Shown one piece after another: positions 1 through 13,130 of a stretch of DNA of 64,000 nt. A program made the translations under genes and the position numbers. The stretch comes from Octopus sinensis (taxonomy: Eukaryota), in contig NW_021832411.1 in the NCBI RefSeq assembly GCF_006345805.1, positions 1 through 64,000 on the forward strand, written 5' to 3'. The notes under the pieces were generated by a model. That model searched no databases, was not told the origin of the DNA, and saw only the letters and a list, made by a program, of their open reading frames with translations. How positions within the stretch are numbered: position 1 is the stretch's first letter; each line of letters starts with the position of its first letter.

Positions 1-529
1 ACGAAATATTGACCGAGAAACTGATGAGCTCACGCCATACTTATTAAATGCCAGACATATTAGTATTCCTGAAGGGAGGTGGTGACTTTTAGAAATCAAA
101 ATGCATGACAAATCATAGGCAGTTTTATGGATGTAAGTTGATTCAGAAAAAGAATTGAGCTTAGAGTTCAGTAAAGGAAATGAGAGGCAAACATCAGACA
201 AAAATGCGTACTCGAAAGCGTGGTTAGTCTTGAATCAACAAAACGCACGAGAGCGAGGCTCGATATATTTGTCTCTTCTATATCGTTACCGTTATGTTTT
301 CATCCAGAAGACTACATTTTGGAAACCAGGAATTCGTGATTTCGGTAAAATTATTTCAAGAATATACGCTTCTAGTCCTAAAGTATCTAAACACTTCTGT
401 TTCAGAATATCATTCTTAAATGTGAAAAGAACAATTAACTTCGTATGTCTGCGATGATAGATGGAACTATTTACGCAATTTTTAAAGAAGTCGCAGAACC
501 ATAAAATTCAATATTAAATGGCGATGAAT

Positions 530-1272
530 TGTTTAGATTAGGGGGTTGGTAAATAGGTCGGAGGGGTGGCTTACGTGACTACCCGAGGGGTTGATAAACA
601 TCTGAAACGACCTTGTTTAAATCATGGGCTTGGTAAAAAGGTCGGAGGGATGGCTTACTTGACTACCCGAGGGGTTGATAAACATCTGAAACGACCTTTT
701 TAAATCAGGGGCTTGGTAAAAAAAAGGTCGGAGGGACAGTATACGTGACTAAGGCGGTGAGCTGGCAGAGACGTTAGCACAGCGGCCGAAATGCTTACCG
801 GTATTTCGTCTGCCGCTACGTTCTGGGTTCAAATTCCGCCGAAGTCGACTTTGCCGTTCATCCTTTCGGGGTCGATAAATTAAGTACCAGTTACACACTG
901 GGGTCGATGTAATCGACTTAATCCGTTTGTCTGTCCTTGTTTGTCCCCTCCGAGTTTAGCCCCTTGTGAGTAGTAAAGAAATAGGTATACGTAACTACCC
1001 GAGGGGTTGATAAACATCTGAAACGACCTTATTTAAATCAGGGGTTTGGTAAAAAGGTCGGAGGGGCAGCATACATGACTACCCGAGGGGTTGATAAACA
1101 TCTGAAACGACCTTGTTTAAATCAGGGGGTTGGTAAAAGGTCGGAGGGGCAGCATACGTGACTACCCGAGGGGTTGATAAACATCTGAAACGACCTTGTT
1201 TAAATCATGGACTTGGTAAAAAGGTCGGAGGGGCGGCATACGTGATTACCCGAGGGGTTTATAAACATTTGA
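530..1272. repeat. 83-84 bp minisatellite (about 6 units), interrupted by a SINE
   Basis: Unit core GACTACCCGAGGGGTTGATAAACATCTGAAACGACC recurs at about 577, 661, 993, 1077, 1160 and 1244; uninterrupted spacings are 83-84 bp. Confidence 0.95.
752..984 (+). mobile_element. tRNA-derived SINE, family A, full length with TSD
   Basis: Head AAGGCGGTGAGCTGGCAGA, B-box GGGTTCAAATTCC, body GTCGACTTTGCC..TCATCCTTTCGGGGTCGATAAATTAAGTACCAG, tail AAAGAAAT. The 13-bp TSD is GTATACGTGACTA (739-751) / GTATACGTAACTA (985-997). Confidence 0.93.
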
Positions 1273-2200
1273 ATGTGGAGGATATTCAATGAAACCTTTC
1301 ATCCAATTCACCTGCGTGGTAAGATCTCATCAAGGAAGGATCTGACATCACGATGGTAGTGTAGGGTGTCCCAATTTGCTGAAAATAAAACTCCTCATCT
1401 TCAAAGTCTTCTCTAATGCTTAGCATGACAGACTGTTGCAGCAAGTTCAACTAAACGGGACCAGTCACAGTAGCGTCAAAAAAGAATGGTACAATTCTCT
1501 TGATGATAAGCCACACCACACTGTAACCCCTGGTAAATTAACATGGTATTCCACCATAACATGCAGATTCTCAGGTCCCCAGTAGGTGCTATTGTAGCGG
1601 TTAATTGATCCATTTAATTTTAATGTGGCCTCACCACTCCACACAATCTTTGTTGGAAAGTGTGCATCTTCTGCACATCATACCAACTACCACTCGCAAT
1701 ACTATACTCTTTGGTCTGGATCATTGCCACTAATAGCATGAATTAATCTTGAATCGTAATCGTTCTATTGACAACGCTTCAAAATGCGTTGGACAGATGA
1801 TTTTGAAATACCTACTTCACGATTCGCTTGCCGCAGAGATTTTCTTGGACATTGGTGATACGTTTCCAACATTCCTTCATGCTTTGTGAGGGCTGTCGAT
1901 GTTCGTGGTCTTCCAGAACTCTTCTCGTGGATATACTGAACAGTTCCATCGGCTTCAAATTTATCTCTAATTCGAGTGATGGTAAGTCGCGTTGATGGAT
2001 CTGTTTGAAACTCCCTCCTAACTGTCTTTGCACTTCAACTGTGTTTTCACACTTCCGGCAACATTCTAGAATGAATTTCTTTTGTTCAAAGCTTTGTCTG
2101 ACTGCCATCATTGATTCTAATGGGTTTCTTCTGGAAAGAAAAAACATCAATTGAGTTATCAACAGCTAAATTGTGTATACATTTTTTGGGACAACCTGTA
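1272..2200 (-). mobile_element. Decayed Tc1/mariner-superfamily transposon (DUF4817-type N-terminus), one TIR, 3' end lost
   Basis: Minus-strand translation with stops and frameshifts: [29 protein letters not shown]..., [56 protein letters not shown]. These match the WSDEA / FQQDG / WPPRSPDL motifs. Putative TIR TACAGGTTGTCCCAAAAAATGTATACAC ends at TA 2199-2200. Confidence 0.88.
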
Positions 2201-2247
2201 CATATATATATGTGTGTGTGGTGTGTGTGTGTGTGTGTGTGTATAGT

Positions 2248-2626
2248 GGAGGCGCAATAGTTAGGGCAGTGGTTAGGACAGCGGATTCGCGCTCGTAGGA
2301 TCGCAGTTTCGATTCCCAGACCGGGCGTTGTGTTTATTGTGCGAAAAAAAACTAAAGCTCCCCGAGGCACCGGCAGTGGATGGTGGCGAACCCTGCTATA
2401 CTCTTTCACCACAACTTTCTCACACTCTTTCTTCCTGTTTCTGTTGATCTGTATTTCAAATGGCCGACCTTGTCTCACTCTGTGTCACGCTGAATCTTCC
2501 TGAGAACTACGTTAAGGTTACAGGTGTCTGTGGAGTGCTCAGCCACTTGCACGTTAATTTCACGAGCAGGCTGTTCCGTTGATCGGATCAACTAGAACCT
2601 TCGTCGTCGTAATTGACGGAGTGCCA
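2248..2626 (+). mobile_element. tRNA-derived SINE, family B
   Basis: Head GGAGGCGCAAT..GTGGTTAGG..GTTTCGATTCCCAGACC and a body ending GATCGGATCAACT..GGAGTGCCA; homologous to 3558-3777 and 19686-20052. Confidence 0.88.
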
Positions 2627-3194
2627 CGAAGGTATGTGTATATGTGTGTGTATATATATATATATATATATCATCATCATCATCATCATCATCGTCATCA
2701 TCATCATCATGCTCTCGGGAAAATTCCTTGATCTAATTCTCATCATTATTGTCCAAATTTCTCTTGCAATGAACAAAGCAGCCCTACTTTCTTCGGATTC
2801 TTTCAGAATAATTTAATATATTCTTAAATGTGATAATATGGAACAAGACACATTTGGGGCGAAAGTTCTTGGAGAATTTTGGTCCTAAATAAAGAATATC
2901 ATCCTAAGAGGTTCTAATGCCTATATTATCGAGCCATGTGTCAAAAAGCTACCATTTTGGAGATTCTTGGAAAAGTTAAATCACAATGGAATCTTGAGTA
3001 CGACGGAGCAAGATAAATTCTTGACATGGCTTTTTAAGAATGATTTTAAAATGGTTCCAAGTAACATCGGAATTGCTTATGCTATGGGTGTCAGGGGAAA
3101 ATACAACCGGAGGAATATACGTCAACTGCAACAACGATGAATCCACTGTTGTTACATAAATGAAGTAATTACAACACGGAGAGATTATTCTTTT

Positions 3195-3490
3195 ATTTTT
3201 TTTACTTGTTTCAGTCATTTGACTGCAGCCATGCTGGAGCACACCGAACAAATCGACCGCACGACTTCTTCTTTTTAAGCCTAGTACTTATTCTATCAGG
3301 GTCATTTGCCGAACCACTAGATTACGGGAACGTAGACACACAAACATCGATTGTCAAGCGATGTTGGGGGGACAAACACAAACAGGGGACAGGCACAGAC
3401 ATACGAATATATAAATGCATATATATATATATATATATATACGACGGGCTTCTTTCAGTTTCCGTCTACCAAATCCACTCACAAGGCTTT
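3195..3490 (-). mobile_element. SINE family C, 3' part with internal (TA)n
   Basis: Reverse complement of the family C tail CAGCATGGC..GTCAAATGACTGAAACAAGTAAAA and the GAAAGAAGCCCGTCG block. Confidence 0.85.
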
Positions 3491-3557
3491 ATTATGGCGC
3501 AAGACACCTAACCACTGGGCCACACGCACACACACACATACACACACATGTGTATAT

Positions 3558-3777
3558 GGAAGCGCAATGGCCCAGTGGTTAGGGCAGCGGACTCGCGGTC
3601 GTAGGATCGCGGTTTCGATTCCCAGACCAGGCGCTGTAAGTATTTATTGAGCGAAAACACCTAAAGGTCCACGAGGCTACGGCAGTGGTTGGTGGCGAAC
3701 TCTGCTGTACTGTTTCACCACAAATTTCTCTCATTCTTCCTGTTTCCGTTGTACCTGTATTTCAAAGGGCCAGCCCT
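3558..3777 (+). mobile_element. SINE family B, 5' part
   Basis: GGAAGCGCAATGGCCCAGTGGTTAGGGCAGCGGACTCGCGGTCGTAGGATCGCGGTTTCGATTCCCAGACC is a tRNA-like A/B-box head shared with 2248. Confidence 0.88.
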
Positions 3778-3957
3778 GATGAGAAGATTGCATTGTTTTA
3801 AATCATTTTATTCCTTCTGGAATAGTACCAATGTTTTCTTCGAAACATATGTCGGAAGTATACAGATTTGAATAACACCTGCGTTTAACTCCATTCATAT
3901 ATATTATTATATATATATATATATATATATAGTATATATATATATATTACTTTTGCC

Positions 3958-4555
3958 CGACCTCACCTTGAATACTGTTGCCCACTGTGGTCTCCTCATA
4001 ACAAGCAACTCATTATGAAAGTAGAAGCACTCCAGTGGTCAATAACAAGAAAGATAGACAGCATGAGGGGCATTGATTATTGGGGTCGACTAAAAAAACT
4101 CAATCTCTACCCTCTCCAACGCCAACGGGAGCGCAACATCATTTGTATGATGTGGAAAATATTTCATCAATATTGCACAAATGATGTTGGCATCAGTTTT
4201 AAAATCCATCCAAGGCTTGATCCCCGTGCTATCCACCCACTACAAAAATCAAACTGACACACATAGGAACATAACGTCACAATTACTTTACCTCTACCAG
4301 TCCAGCTCTCTTTAGTACCATACCAAAATACATCAAAACGGAAACGGATCCCATAAAATTCAAATGTTTACTGAACAAATTTCTTCAAAAAATCCCAGAC
4401 CAACCTCCTACACCCGGATATGTCTCTAACAATAATAACTCATTGCTAGAGTGGGCCTTCATGCCACATATTTGACTAAAAGATTTCACCAGGTGGTGCT
4501 ATTGAATTAGACATAGCCTGGGCCTATACTAGCCGAAAACTATCAAAATTATCAG
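3958..4555 (+). mobile_element. CR1-clade LINE, 3' end of ORF2 plus tail
   Basis: RPHLEYCCPLWSPHNKQLIMKVEALQWSITRKIDSMRGIDYWGRLKKLNLYPLQRQRER matches the CR1/L2 post-RT RP.LEY..W...LE..QR..T..I..Y..RL..L.L..L..RR.R motif; stops downstream. Confidence 0.85.
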
Positions 4556-5367
4556 TTATATATACATATATGTATATATAGGTCTGTGTGTGTATATATA
4601 TATGTTTATATATATATATTTATATGTGTGTGTTTGTATATATACATATGTGTGTATGGATGTATATATATATACACATTTCAACATATAAGCATACATA
4701 CATATATGTGTGTGCGTATATATATTTGTATATATATATATATATGAATATGGGAGTTCATGGAGTTGTGTGAGTGTGTGTGTGAGTGTCCGTATATGTG
4801 TGTGTGCGTGTGACTATATGTCATGCTTGGTGTCTATCTATATACGGGTATGCATGTACCTAAATATATAAATGACTGTATAAGTACGGATTTTTATAAT
4901 TACCTGTGCGTGTGCGTACATATGTATGGACGTTTATATGTATCTATGGTTGTATATAAGAGTGTATGTATATATCAGTGTATATGTATGCATTTTGTGT
5001 ATAAGTGTGTGTATTCATTTCTTTCTGTATGTCTGTCACTATATCTCTGTATGTGTATCAGCATGTATACTTGTACGCATGTATGTGTGTAGACACACGC
5101 ATGTGCTCACCTTCTTTGTCCTTTGAACAGAATCAACTACAACAGTTGTCATGGTTGCGAACAGTAAGAGATGGGGGGAGGGGCAGCGCTGGCCAACACT
5201 GAATAAATCGATCTCTAAATCCTTCGATCAATAGACCATGAAGGTAGAAGCTGCTCATTTCAATTGATTTACTCCCGCTCTTTCCGCCATCATGACCACA
5301 ACCACCTCCTCCTCCCCTCTCTTCTCTACCTCTCTCTCTCTCTCTTCTATGGTATACCACCTCCTCT

Positions 5368-5411
<44 letters not shown>

Positions 5412-5595
5412 CATCCTTGCTTTTATGATGCTTATCACCTTTAAAAAATGCAAGATCAATACATCGTCGAAACAACTCTTGTATACATATATATGTATAC
5501 ACACACACATATATAAATATATGTATATATATATATATATATGTGTGTGTGCATGTATGTGTATATGTATATTTATATATATATGTATATACGTG

Positions 5596-5633
<38 letters not shown>

Positions 5634-5868
5634 TATATTTATATATATGTATATATATATCATTACATGTTTATATATATGTATATATATCATTATATAT
5701 TATATATATACATATGTATGTATATATATGCATGTATGTACGTACGTATGCATATATGTACGTATGTATGCATATATATATAAATACATCCATCTATCCA
5801 TGTATGTACGTACGTATGCATGTATGTACGTACGTATGCATATATAATATACATATACATCCATCTAT

Positions 5869-5928
<60 letters not shown>

Positions 5929-6469
5929 CATATATGAATAGATGGATGGATGTACGTTGGCATGTGTGTACGTATGTGTGCCTATATCAGCGTATGTGTG
6001 TATATATGCATAGTTTACTCTTCCCAGTCGACCAGCATCACCATCACCTCATCTCTTACCATGGCTCTTCACCGCTACCACAACCACAACCACCACCACC
6101 ATCATCATCGCCACCGCCACCAGATCAATCAAGATGTCGTCATTCATGACTTACATCAAAATATCAAAACGACAACAACAAACACTACAACAGCACAAAA
6201 ACAAACGTCGCCGCTTTTGCAGTTTATTCGTTTTCTTATTTGTTTCTTTTTAATACGTATGATCTTTTTTATATATATATTTTCTTCGTTCTTTGCTTTA
6301 TTTGGTGGTTTTGGTTCTGCTTAACCAAACGGCCAAAGATCAACGGTTCAGAGGCGAACGTTGACGTTCAATTTCCATCAAATATGCGGGGGTCATTTTC
6401 TTGACACAGCTCTACCATTTTCATATACTGTGTGTATATATGCGAGTCCGTACATATGCGTACATACAT

Positions 6470-6957
<488 letters not shown>

Positions 6958-7059
6958 CATTTACCAGGTGAGGGGTGACAACGACTTCGAAGTTTCGGCC
7001 AACTGCCCTTTGAAAATGAGCCGTTCGAAACCTCGAAATTTATATACATGTTGAACCGC

Positions 7060-7240
7060 TGAACTCTACACGTTTTCTTTTTCATTCTCTCTCTTTTTAT
7101 TTACTCTTAATGCTTTCTGTCAAAAAGCGTAGGTTTGAAACGTAAAAGACTTTTTCATTTTTCCTCGAACGTCAAACTAATACACTTGCTTGTTGCTCCT
7201 ACACCTGTCTTCGTCGCTGTTTATCTAGAAATTTGAACTA
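7060..7240 (+). mobile_element. PLE-type pseudo-LTR fragment with a decayed hammerhead-like motif
   Basis: TTTCTGTCAAAAAGCGTAGGTTTGAAACGTAAAAGAC (7114-7150) and the downstream AAACTAATACA..CTGTCTTCGTC are homologous to the minus-strand copy at 60350-60480. Confidence 0.55.
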
Positions 7241-8062
7241 CACACGCATACACACATACGCACACACACACACACACATACACACACACACTCACACACA
7301 CACATACACACACACATACACACAGACACACACACACACACAACACACACATACAAACGCTCGCATAAACGCACACATGCATAGATTAGATAAATATAAT
7401 GCTTAAATTTTTTTTCCTTCTTTAATACGGCCTTCCGGTTGTTATTGATATTTCTGTGGCTGCAGTTACTTTTGTATTTTATTTATATTGCCTATTCCTA
7501 TAATTCGATCTCTGCTAAATATTCCATCAATATCAATATTTAGCAAAAGTTCAAACTGCAATTTTCAATCATTTTAATCTCGATTACCTTAAATTAATTG
7601 CCATGTTTTTCCTCATTCATATTTGATCATTATTGTAAGCAACTGAGATGTGTGCGCTTATGTGTGTGTGTGTGTGTGTAGCTTTGTGTGTGTATGTGTG
7701 TATGCGTGTGTGTCTGTCTGTTTGCATGTGTGTGCGCGTCTGTATCATGTATGCATGTGTATGCATTTGTGTGTATGTATGCTTGTATATGCTTGTATAC
7801 TTCTGTGTGGTGTTGTGTTTATGAATGTTTGTATGTGGCTGTGTGTGTGTGTGCGTCTATGAGATGTATGTGTACGTGTGTCAGTGTGTGGATTTGCGTG
7901 TGGATGTATGTATGTGCGTATGTATGTGTGTTTGGGCGTATGTATGTGTGTGCATGTGTGTATGCGAGCGTGTGTGTGTCTGCGTGCATGTATGACTTTA
8001 TGTGTACATACTTGCGTGTTTGTGTGAACGTGTGTGTGTAGATATGTGCATACGTTTGTGTG

Positions 8063-8098
<36 letters not shown>

Positions 8099-8469
8099 TG
8101 TGTGTGTGTGTGTACATGTGTCGATAAATAGATTTGTTGGGTTGTTGGTTAATTGATCTATTTAATTTTTTTATCATATTCATTTTTTTATTTTACATTT
8201 CCGTCATGGACATCCGATACCTAGTGCGTACCCCTAATCATTTTTGCATTTCATTTCTTGGTTCAATTTAACACTTTTATTGACAGTTGATCGATGCAGT
8301 TGTAAAGTATCGGGTGAGTTTGCTCTCGGTATTGGTTCCTACTCTTTACGTTCTGAGTTCAAATCCCACCAGTTTTGTTAGTTTTGTCTTTCATCGTCCA
8401 GGATCGTTAACATAAAATACCAGTAAACAACATGGGTCAATATAATCCAGTGTTCTCCTCTCCAATTTG

Positions 8470-9055
8470 ATTTGGTTTTTCTCAAATGAGAAAACTTCGA
8501 CCGAGATCAATAAGTTAGCAGAAGAAATGATAGATGGTTATGTGCAGACCCTTCTGAAGTTCCAAGTGTTATGCATACAAAAGTTCCTGCAACTGTCGTG
8601 ATTTTAGGGATTGTCAGCAATGAAGGACATGTGATGCTTCCTTACTTCTTTCCACAAAGCCTAAGAGTTAATTCTGCCGCCTACATTGAGGTCCTAAAAT
8701 AATTGTTAAGCCCTGGATAGACAGTGTATGAAAAGGAAAGACATATGTCTTTCAGTAAGACTCTGCACTATCACACATGGCTCTAGTAACACAGGAATGG
8801 ATGGCTGAAAAATTTCATGATCACATAACCCCTAACATTTAGCCTCTTAATTTCCCAGATATCAATCCATTGGACTATTACATGTGGAGCATTGTAGAGA
8901 GAGAGAGGTCAATGAACACGCCCATAACACCAAAGATACTTTGAAAGCTACCATAGTCAGAGTAATGTCCAAAATTAACCAGAACCACCGGATTCAAGCA
9001 TGTAGATGATTTAGATCTCATATAGACGCAATTGTTGAAGCTGATGGAGCTTTTT
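8470..9055 (+). mobile_element. Decayed DD37D (maT-like) transposase fragment
   Basis: FFSNEKNF..NDRWLCADPSEVP..EGHVMLPYFF..YVFQ*DSALSH..PDINPLDYYMWS..; 37 codons counted between the FQ*D and PLD aspartates; several stops. Confidence 0.88.
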
Positions 9056-9214
9056 TTAATAAATTTATAGAAAAGAAGGTTTATTTTTATCCTCATAGCC
9101 TTTTTTTATGTTTCCACTCTCTTGTTTTTGTTACCAACTTTGACCCGCCATATATCCAAAATTTTAGTTTGGAAGTGATGGGAGCAACTACCTTCGAAGA
9201 CCCATATTGTTGCT

Positions 9215-9384
9215 GAATGCTCGAAATGAGGAGTAGAAAGACAGCCGAGAACTGATGAAGGGTCGTTATTTGTGTTACTTTCCTGTTTTCAATTTTATAT
9301 CTCTCGTGGTTTGCGTATTCAACTCGTTTGTTTTCCTACTTCGAATTGTTTACTGTTGGTGAAGTCCTGTACCAATATATGCAT

Positions 9385-9395
<11 letters not shown>
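9215..9395 (+). repeat. Unclassified dispersed repeat (also 38325-38405 and 59678-59800)
   Basis: Shared block GCTCGAAATGAGGAGTAGA.AGACAGCCGA.AACTGA.GAAGGGTCGTT...GTCCTGTACC.ATATATGCAT in three places, each running into a microsatellite. Confidence 0.75.
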
Positions 9396-9466
<71 letters not shown>

Positions 9467-9831
9467 TGTGTGTGTGTATGTGTGTATGTATGTATGTATG
9501 TATATATGTATATATATTTATATATATATACGAAGTAATTAAGGGTTCAGCAACGATTTGCCTCACCACACACCGAATTTAGAAATAGCAGTCAAAAAGT
9601 TTTGGCTATTCTTTCTACTTAAAAGGGAGATCCCAGTAAAACCAAAGCACTTAAAAAACAAACGATGCAGGTAAAAGAGAAAGAAATGACGAAAATCATT
9701 CTATATTAAGTTACCTACGGACGCACGTTTCGGAATTAAGTCATTGTAGAGCATAAAAAATAAATAATTATGTCTTACCTGACTATTTTTCTCCTCAGTG
9801 TAGGATTCTTCAATTATAAATAATTGCGTCT

Positions 9832-11300
9832 CATAGGTTAGCAACTAAGTTCCCGCCATTTTTTATTTAAATTTTTTAAAGGTTTAATAAAAATAAACAA
9901 CTAATTATGCAATAATGTATTCACCCTTGTTGTTTACAACTTTTTCCCAACGTTCAACAAGATTTACAGTACCTCGTTGATAGAAATCACCCGATTTCGA
10001 CTCGAAAAATTGATCCAACCAAGCTCTCAATTCTGCATCTGTATTGAACGAAACTCCGCGCATAGCATTTGAAAGAGATCGAAAGAGTTGGAAATATGTT
10101 GGTGGTTTTTATTTATTTACCTTAAGCTTTCTCTTAGGTTATATTATTTTATTTGTCTTTTCTCTGAGTAAGGGAGAATATAATGATTCAACGTCACTTA
10201 TACTAAAGTGTTATCATTATACCTAAAAACCCTAACTACAGTTATAACGTCATATAGACATAAACGCATGGAACGCTATATTAATGACATGTATGTTGAA
10301 TATTTTAATCGTGTCCTTTAAACCGCTATAAGAAACATAAATCAATATTTATCTATGCTCAGTTGAAATGCATATTTATCTATGCTCAGTTGAAAAACAA
10401 ACGTGAAGAGAAACATTTTCTTTTTAATTATTTTTTATTATATACATATAACATTTTATATTATTTACAGTAAGAAAGATAACTTTGTCGTGAAGAAAAA
10501 CGACTATAAATTCCTTAACTAATTTCTTCTTTCTATCTAATACATTAACCAACAAATCAAAATAGATTTGTGATTAACTTAGACATGGCATAAAAATTAC
10601 CGATGTCTCCAAACGTTACGTGGAGTTATGTGACACCAACGAACACTGATATATTTTCCAAAATCCAGGGTTTTTATAACTGCTCAACTTGACTTAAAAA
10701 GAATCGAAATCCCTGACAAATATTCGTTTCGAAACTTCTAGAATCTTTATATGAGCAGTTATATTAACCAATGGAAAAAAAAACAAAATGATAATTCTTC
10801 GGCAATACGACATTACGTCATATTTCCAATTCGCACCACATTTCAAAATGGCTAAAATGGTTATTGCTACAGTGGCAAATCAGGAGAGCACGGCGGGTGA
10901 GGCAACACTTCCCAGCCATGCATTTGAATGGCTTTCTTGGTCATCTTGGCAATATGAGGGCAGGCGTTGTCGTGCAGCAGAAGAACTCCATGCTGACGAT
11001 TAGGTCTTTTCTCTTTGAGGTCAAAGTTTCCATTTTTGGCAAAAACGAGCGATTCTTTCAACTATGGCAACCTCTCCATACACAGCACAAATGTCGTAAG
11101 CAGCTTTTGCGGCCTTAGAACCTTGATTAAAAGCAACAAGGTGTCGAAAATGCACGTTTTTCTTAACTTGACATTCCATTTTAATGATCTGGAAATAAAC
11201 AAAAATTAACTAGAAAAAAAACAAAATAGATTCCAAAATTTAAAAACGCAATAAATTCCAAAATTTAAAAAACCACGGGAAATTAGTTGCCAACCCAATA
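9832..11300 (-). mobile_element. Mariner (DD34D-type) element with both TIRs, internal deletion and a ~770 bp interruption
   Basis: TIRs TAGGTTAGCAACTAAGTTCCCG (9834) and the reverse complement TATTGGGTTGGCAACTAATTTCCCG (ending 11300). Protein pieces: MECQVKKNVHFRHL..FNQGSKAAKAAYDICAVYGE (from 11179), LLLHDNACPHIAKMT..GWEVLPHPPCSPDL (to ~10875) and PTYFQLFRSLSNAMRGVSF..LVERWEKVVNNKGEY (10104-9915). Confidence 0.9.
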
Positions 11301-12339
11301 TATATATGTGTGTGTGTGTAATAGTAGGGTTTCGGTTACAAACTACTGGGATATTGAGGCATGTCACACCCCTGCTTTACGTTATGGTTTCAAATCCCGC
11401 CGGCTGCTGATTTATGCTCTCTGCAAAGGGATTGAAGTTGCACAATTGAATACTCATCGTCGAAGCAAACGAAAGTCCTTTACTGAATCATAGGTTGCCT
11501 AAACCCAAACAATAGCAACAACGACAAAAATATCAACAACGACAACAACAATATCAACAACAATTGTATTCATTCATAAGTTTGACTCATTTCACACATT
11601 TTTCCTCTTAATTTCGAGACTGAATTACTGTTCACAAACAGGAAAAGAGATTTCTTTTTCTCTCTTTTTATTTGTTTATGTTTGTTCTTTTCTTTTTCTG
11701 TGATTTATTTAAATTAGTCATATTCTTTGCTTGTTTTTGTTTGGATGTGGAGTGGGGTGCCTTTTTTGTGGTGGCAAGGGGTCACCTCATTTATAACAAT
11801 TATTTCTTATTCGAAAGCCCGAACCACAATTTTACAACCAATCAACCTCAGTCACCTGAAATCAACCGGTCTGTTTCCCTCATATTTTAGATTCATTTTC
11901 TATCAAAGATCACTCCTTTATCCGCCTTTGTCTGTGCAATTTAGTCTTTTGTAGTCGCTGTTGTTATTCTTGTTGTCGTTGTTGTTGTTTTTGTTGATGT
12001 TGTACGCAACAGTGTTACCATTGTTGTTGATGATGATGTTGACAGTGTTGCTGTGTAATTGGTATCAATACACGTTAAAGATAATACCACAAGCTTCAAC
12101 TATTCAACCTCAGTCACCTTGAAACAAACGAGCGGTTGCTTAGCTCACAAACGTCAATTTATCAAAACGTTAATGGCTGCCAATAAGGAAAAAATATGGC
12201 GACACAGTGACATCTGTTTGTCACCGTACCTCATATAAACCAGACTGGTTAAGCTTGTTTGAAGCCTCATGAATATAAATCTCCGACTTTAAAGACACAA
12301 GTGTGTTTGAATATCATTTGTTTTCTTATTATTATTTAT

Positions 12340-12349
12340 TATTATTATT

Positions 12350-12402
<53 letters not shown>

Positions 12403-12416
12403 TGATGATGATGATG

Positions 12417-12448
<32 letters not shown>

Positions 12449-12450
12449 CC
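12340..12450. repeat. (AAT)n/(GAT)n trinucleotide microsatellite
   Basis: Direct reading; a complementary (TTA)n tract follows at about 12690-12760. Confidence 0.95.
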
Positions 12451-12454
12451 TTTT

Positions 12455-12662
12455 TACTATAGACACGAGACCTGGAATTTGTGGGGAGGGGGATAGTCGA
12501 TGGCATCGACCCCAGTACGTAACTGGTACTTAATTTATCGACCCCGAAAGTTTCAAAGGTAAAGTCGATTTCGGCGGATTTTTAACCCAGAGCGTAAAAA
12601 CCGACGAATTGCCGCTAAGCATCTCGTCCGGCGCGCTAACGATTCTGCTAGCTCGCTGCCTT
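12455..12662 (-). mobile_element. SINE family A (older-tail type)
   Basis: Reverse complement of the head (CTAGCTCGCTGCCTT) and of the body GTACTTAATTTATCGACCCCGAAAG. Confidence 0.85.
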
Positions 12663-12693
12663 ATGATAATAACAATAATAATAATAATAATTA

Positions 12694-12729
<36 letters not shown>

Positions 12730-12779
12730 CATCATTATTATTATTATTATTATTATTATGTGCAGTGGTTTCTTTTGTT

Positions 12780-12990
12780 GATAGGGCAGTAGATTAACCA
12801 AATTGTTAGCGAGTCGGATAAAATACTTAGCGCCATTTCTTCCGGCTTGTTAAATTCTGGGGTCAAATGCTGCCTCGGTCGACTATACCTTTCATCCTTT
12901 CAGGGTCGATAAAATAAGTACCAGTTAAACACTGGGGTCGATGTAATTGATTCAGCCCCATCCATAAAATTTCAGGCTTTGTCCTTGTGA
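12780..12990 (+). mobile_element. SINE family A, diverged
   Basis: CCTTTCATCCTTTCAGGGTCGATAAAATAAGTACCAG..CTGGGGTCGATGTAAT body. Confidence 0.8.
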
Positions 12991-13099
12991 CTGTAGTACA
13001 ACGGATCATTTTTGTTGTTGTTGTTGTTGTTGCTGCTGCTGCTGTTTTGTTTTGTGTTCTGCTTTTTTTTTAACACTTTTTATTTCAGGCGATAATGGG

Positions 13100-13130
<31 letters not shown>

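Noticed and set aside
155-457. 100-aa ORF and CTGATGAG at 21-28
   Set aside because: No recognisable protein motif; the CUGAUGA has no helix II/GAAA partner, so it is not a hammerhead.
530-1272. CRISPR-like appearance of the 83-bp repeat
   Set aside because: There are no unique spacers, the whole unit is repeated, the context is eukaryotic and there are no cas genes.
3558-3635. tRNA gene (and other SINE heads)
   Set aside because: The A/B boxes continue into SINE bodies with no proper acceptor stem or terminator; these are tRNA-derived SINE heads.
9215-9265. GAAA...CUGAUGA in permuted order (also 38325-38365, 59683-59720 and minus 37850-37892) as a type II hammerhead
   Set aside because: No NUH site with compatible helix I and helix III could be built by eye; kept only as a dispersed repeat.
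11505-12130. Opposed (CAA)n and (TTG)n tracts with a repeated TCAACCTCAGTCACC motif
   Set aside because: Complementary microsatellites are expected by chance at this density, and a single short repeat is too little to define an element.
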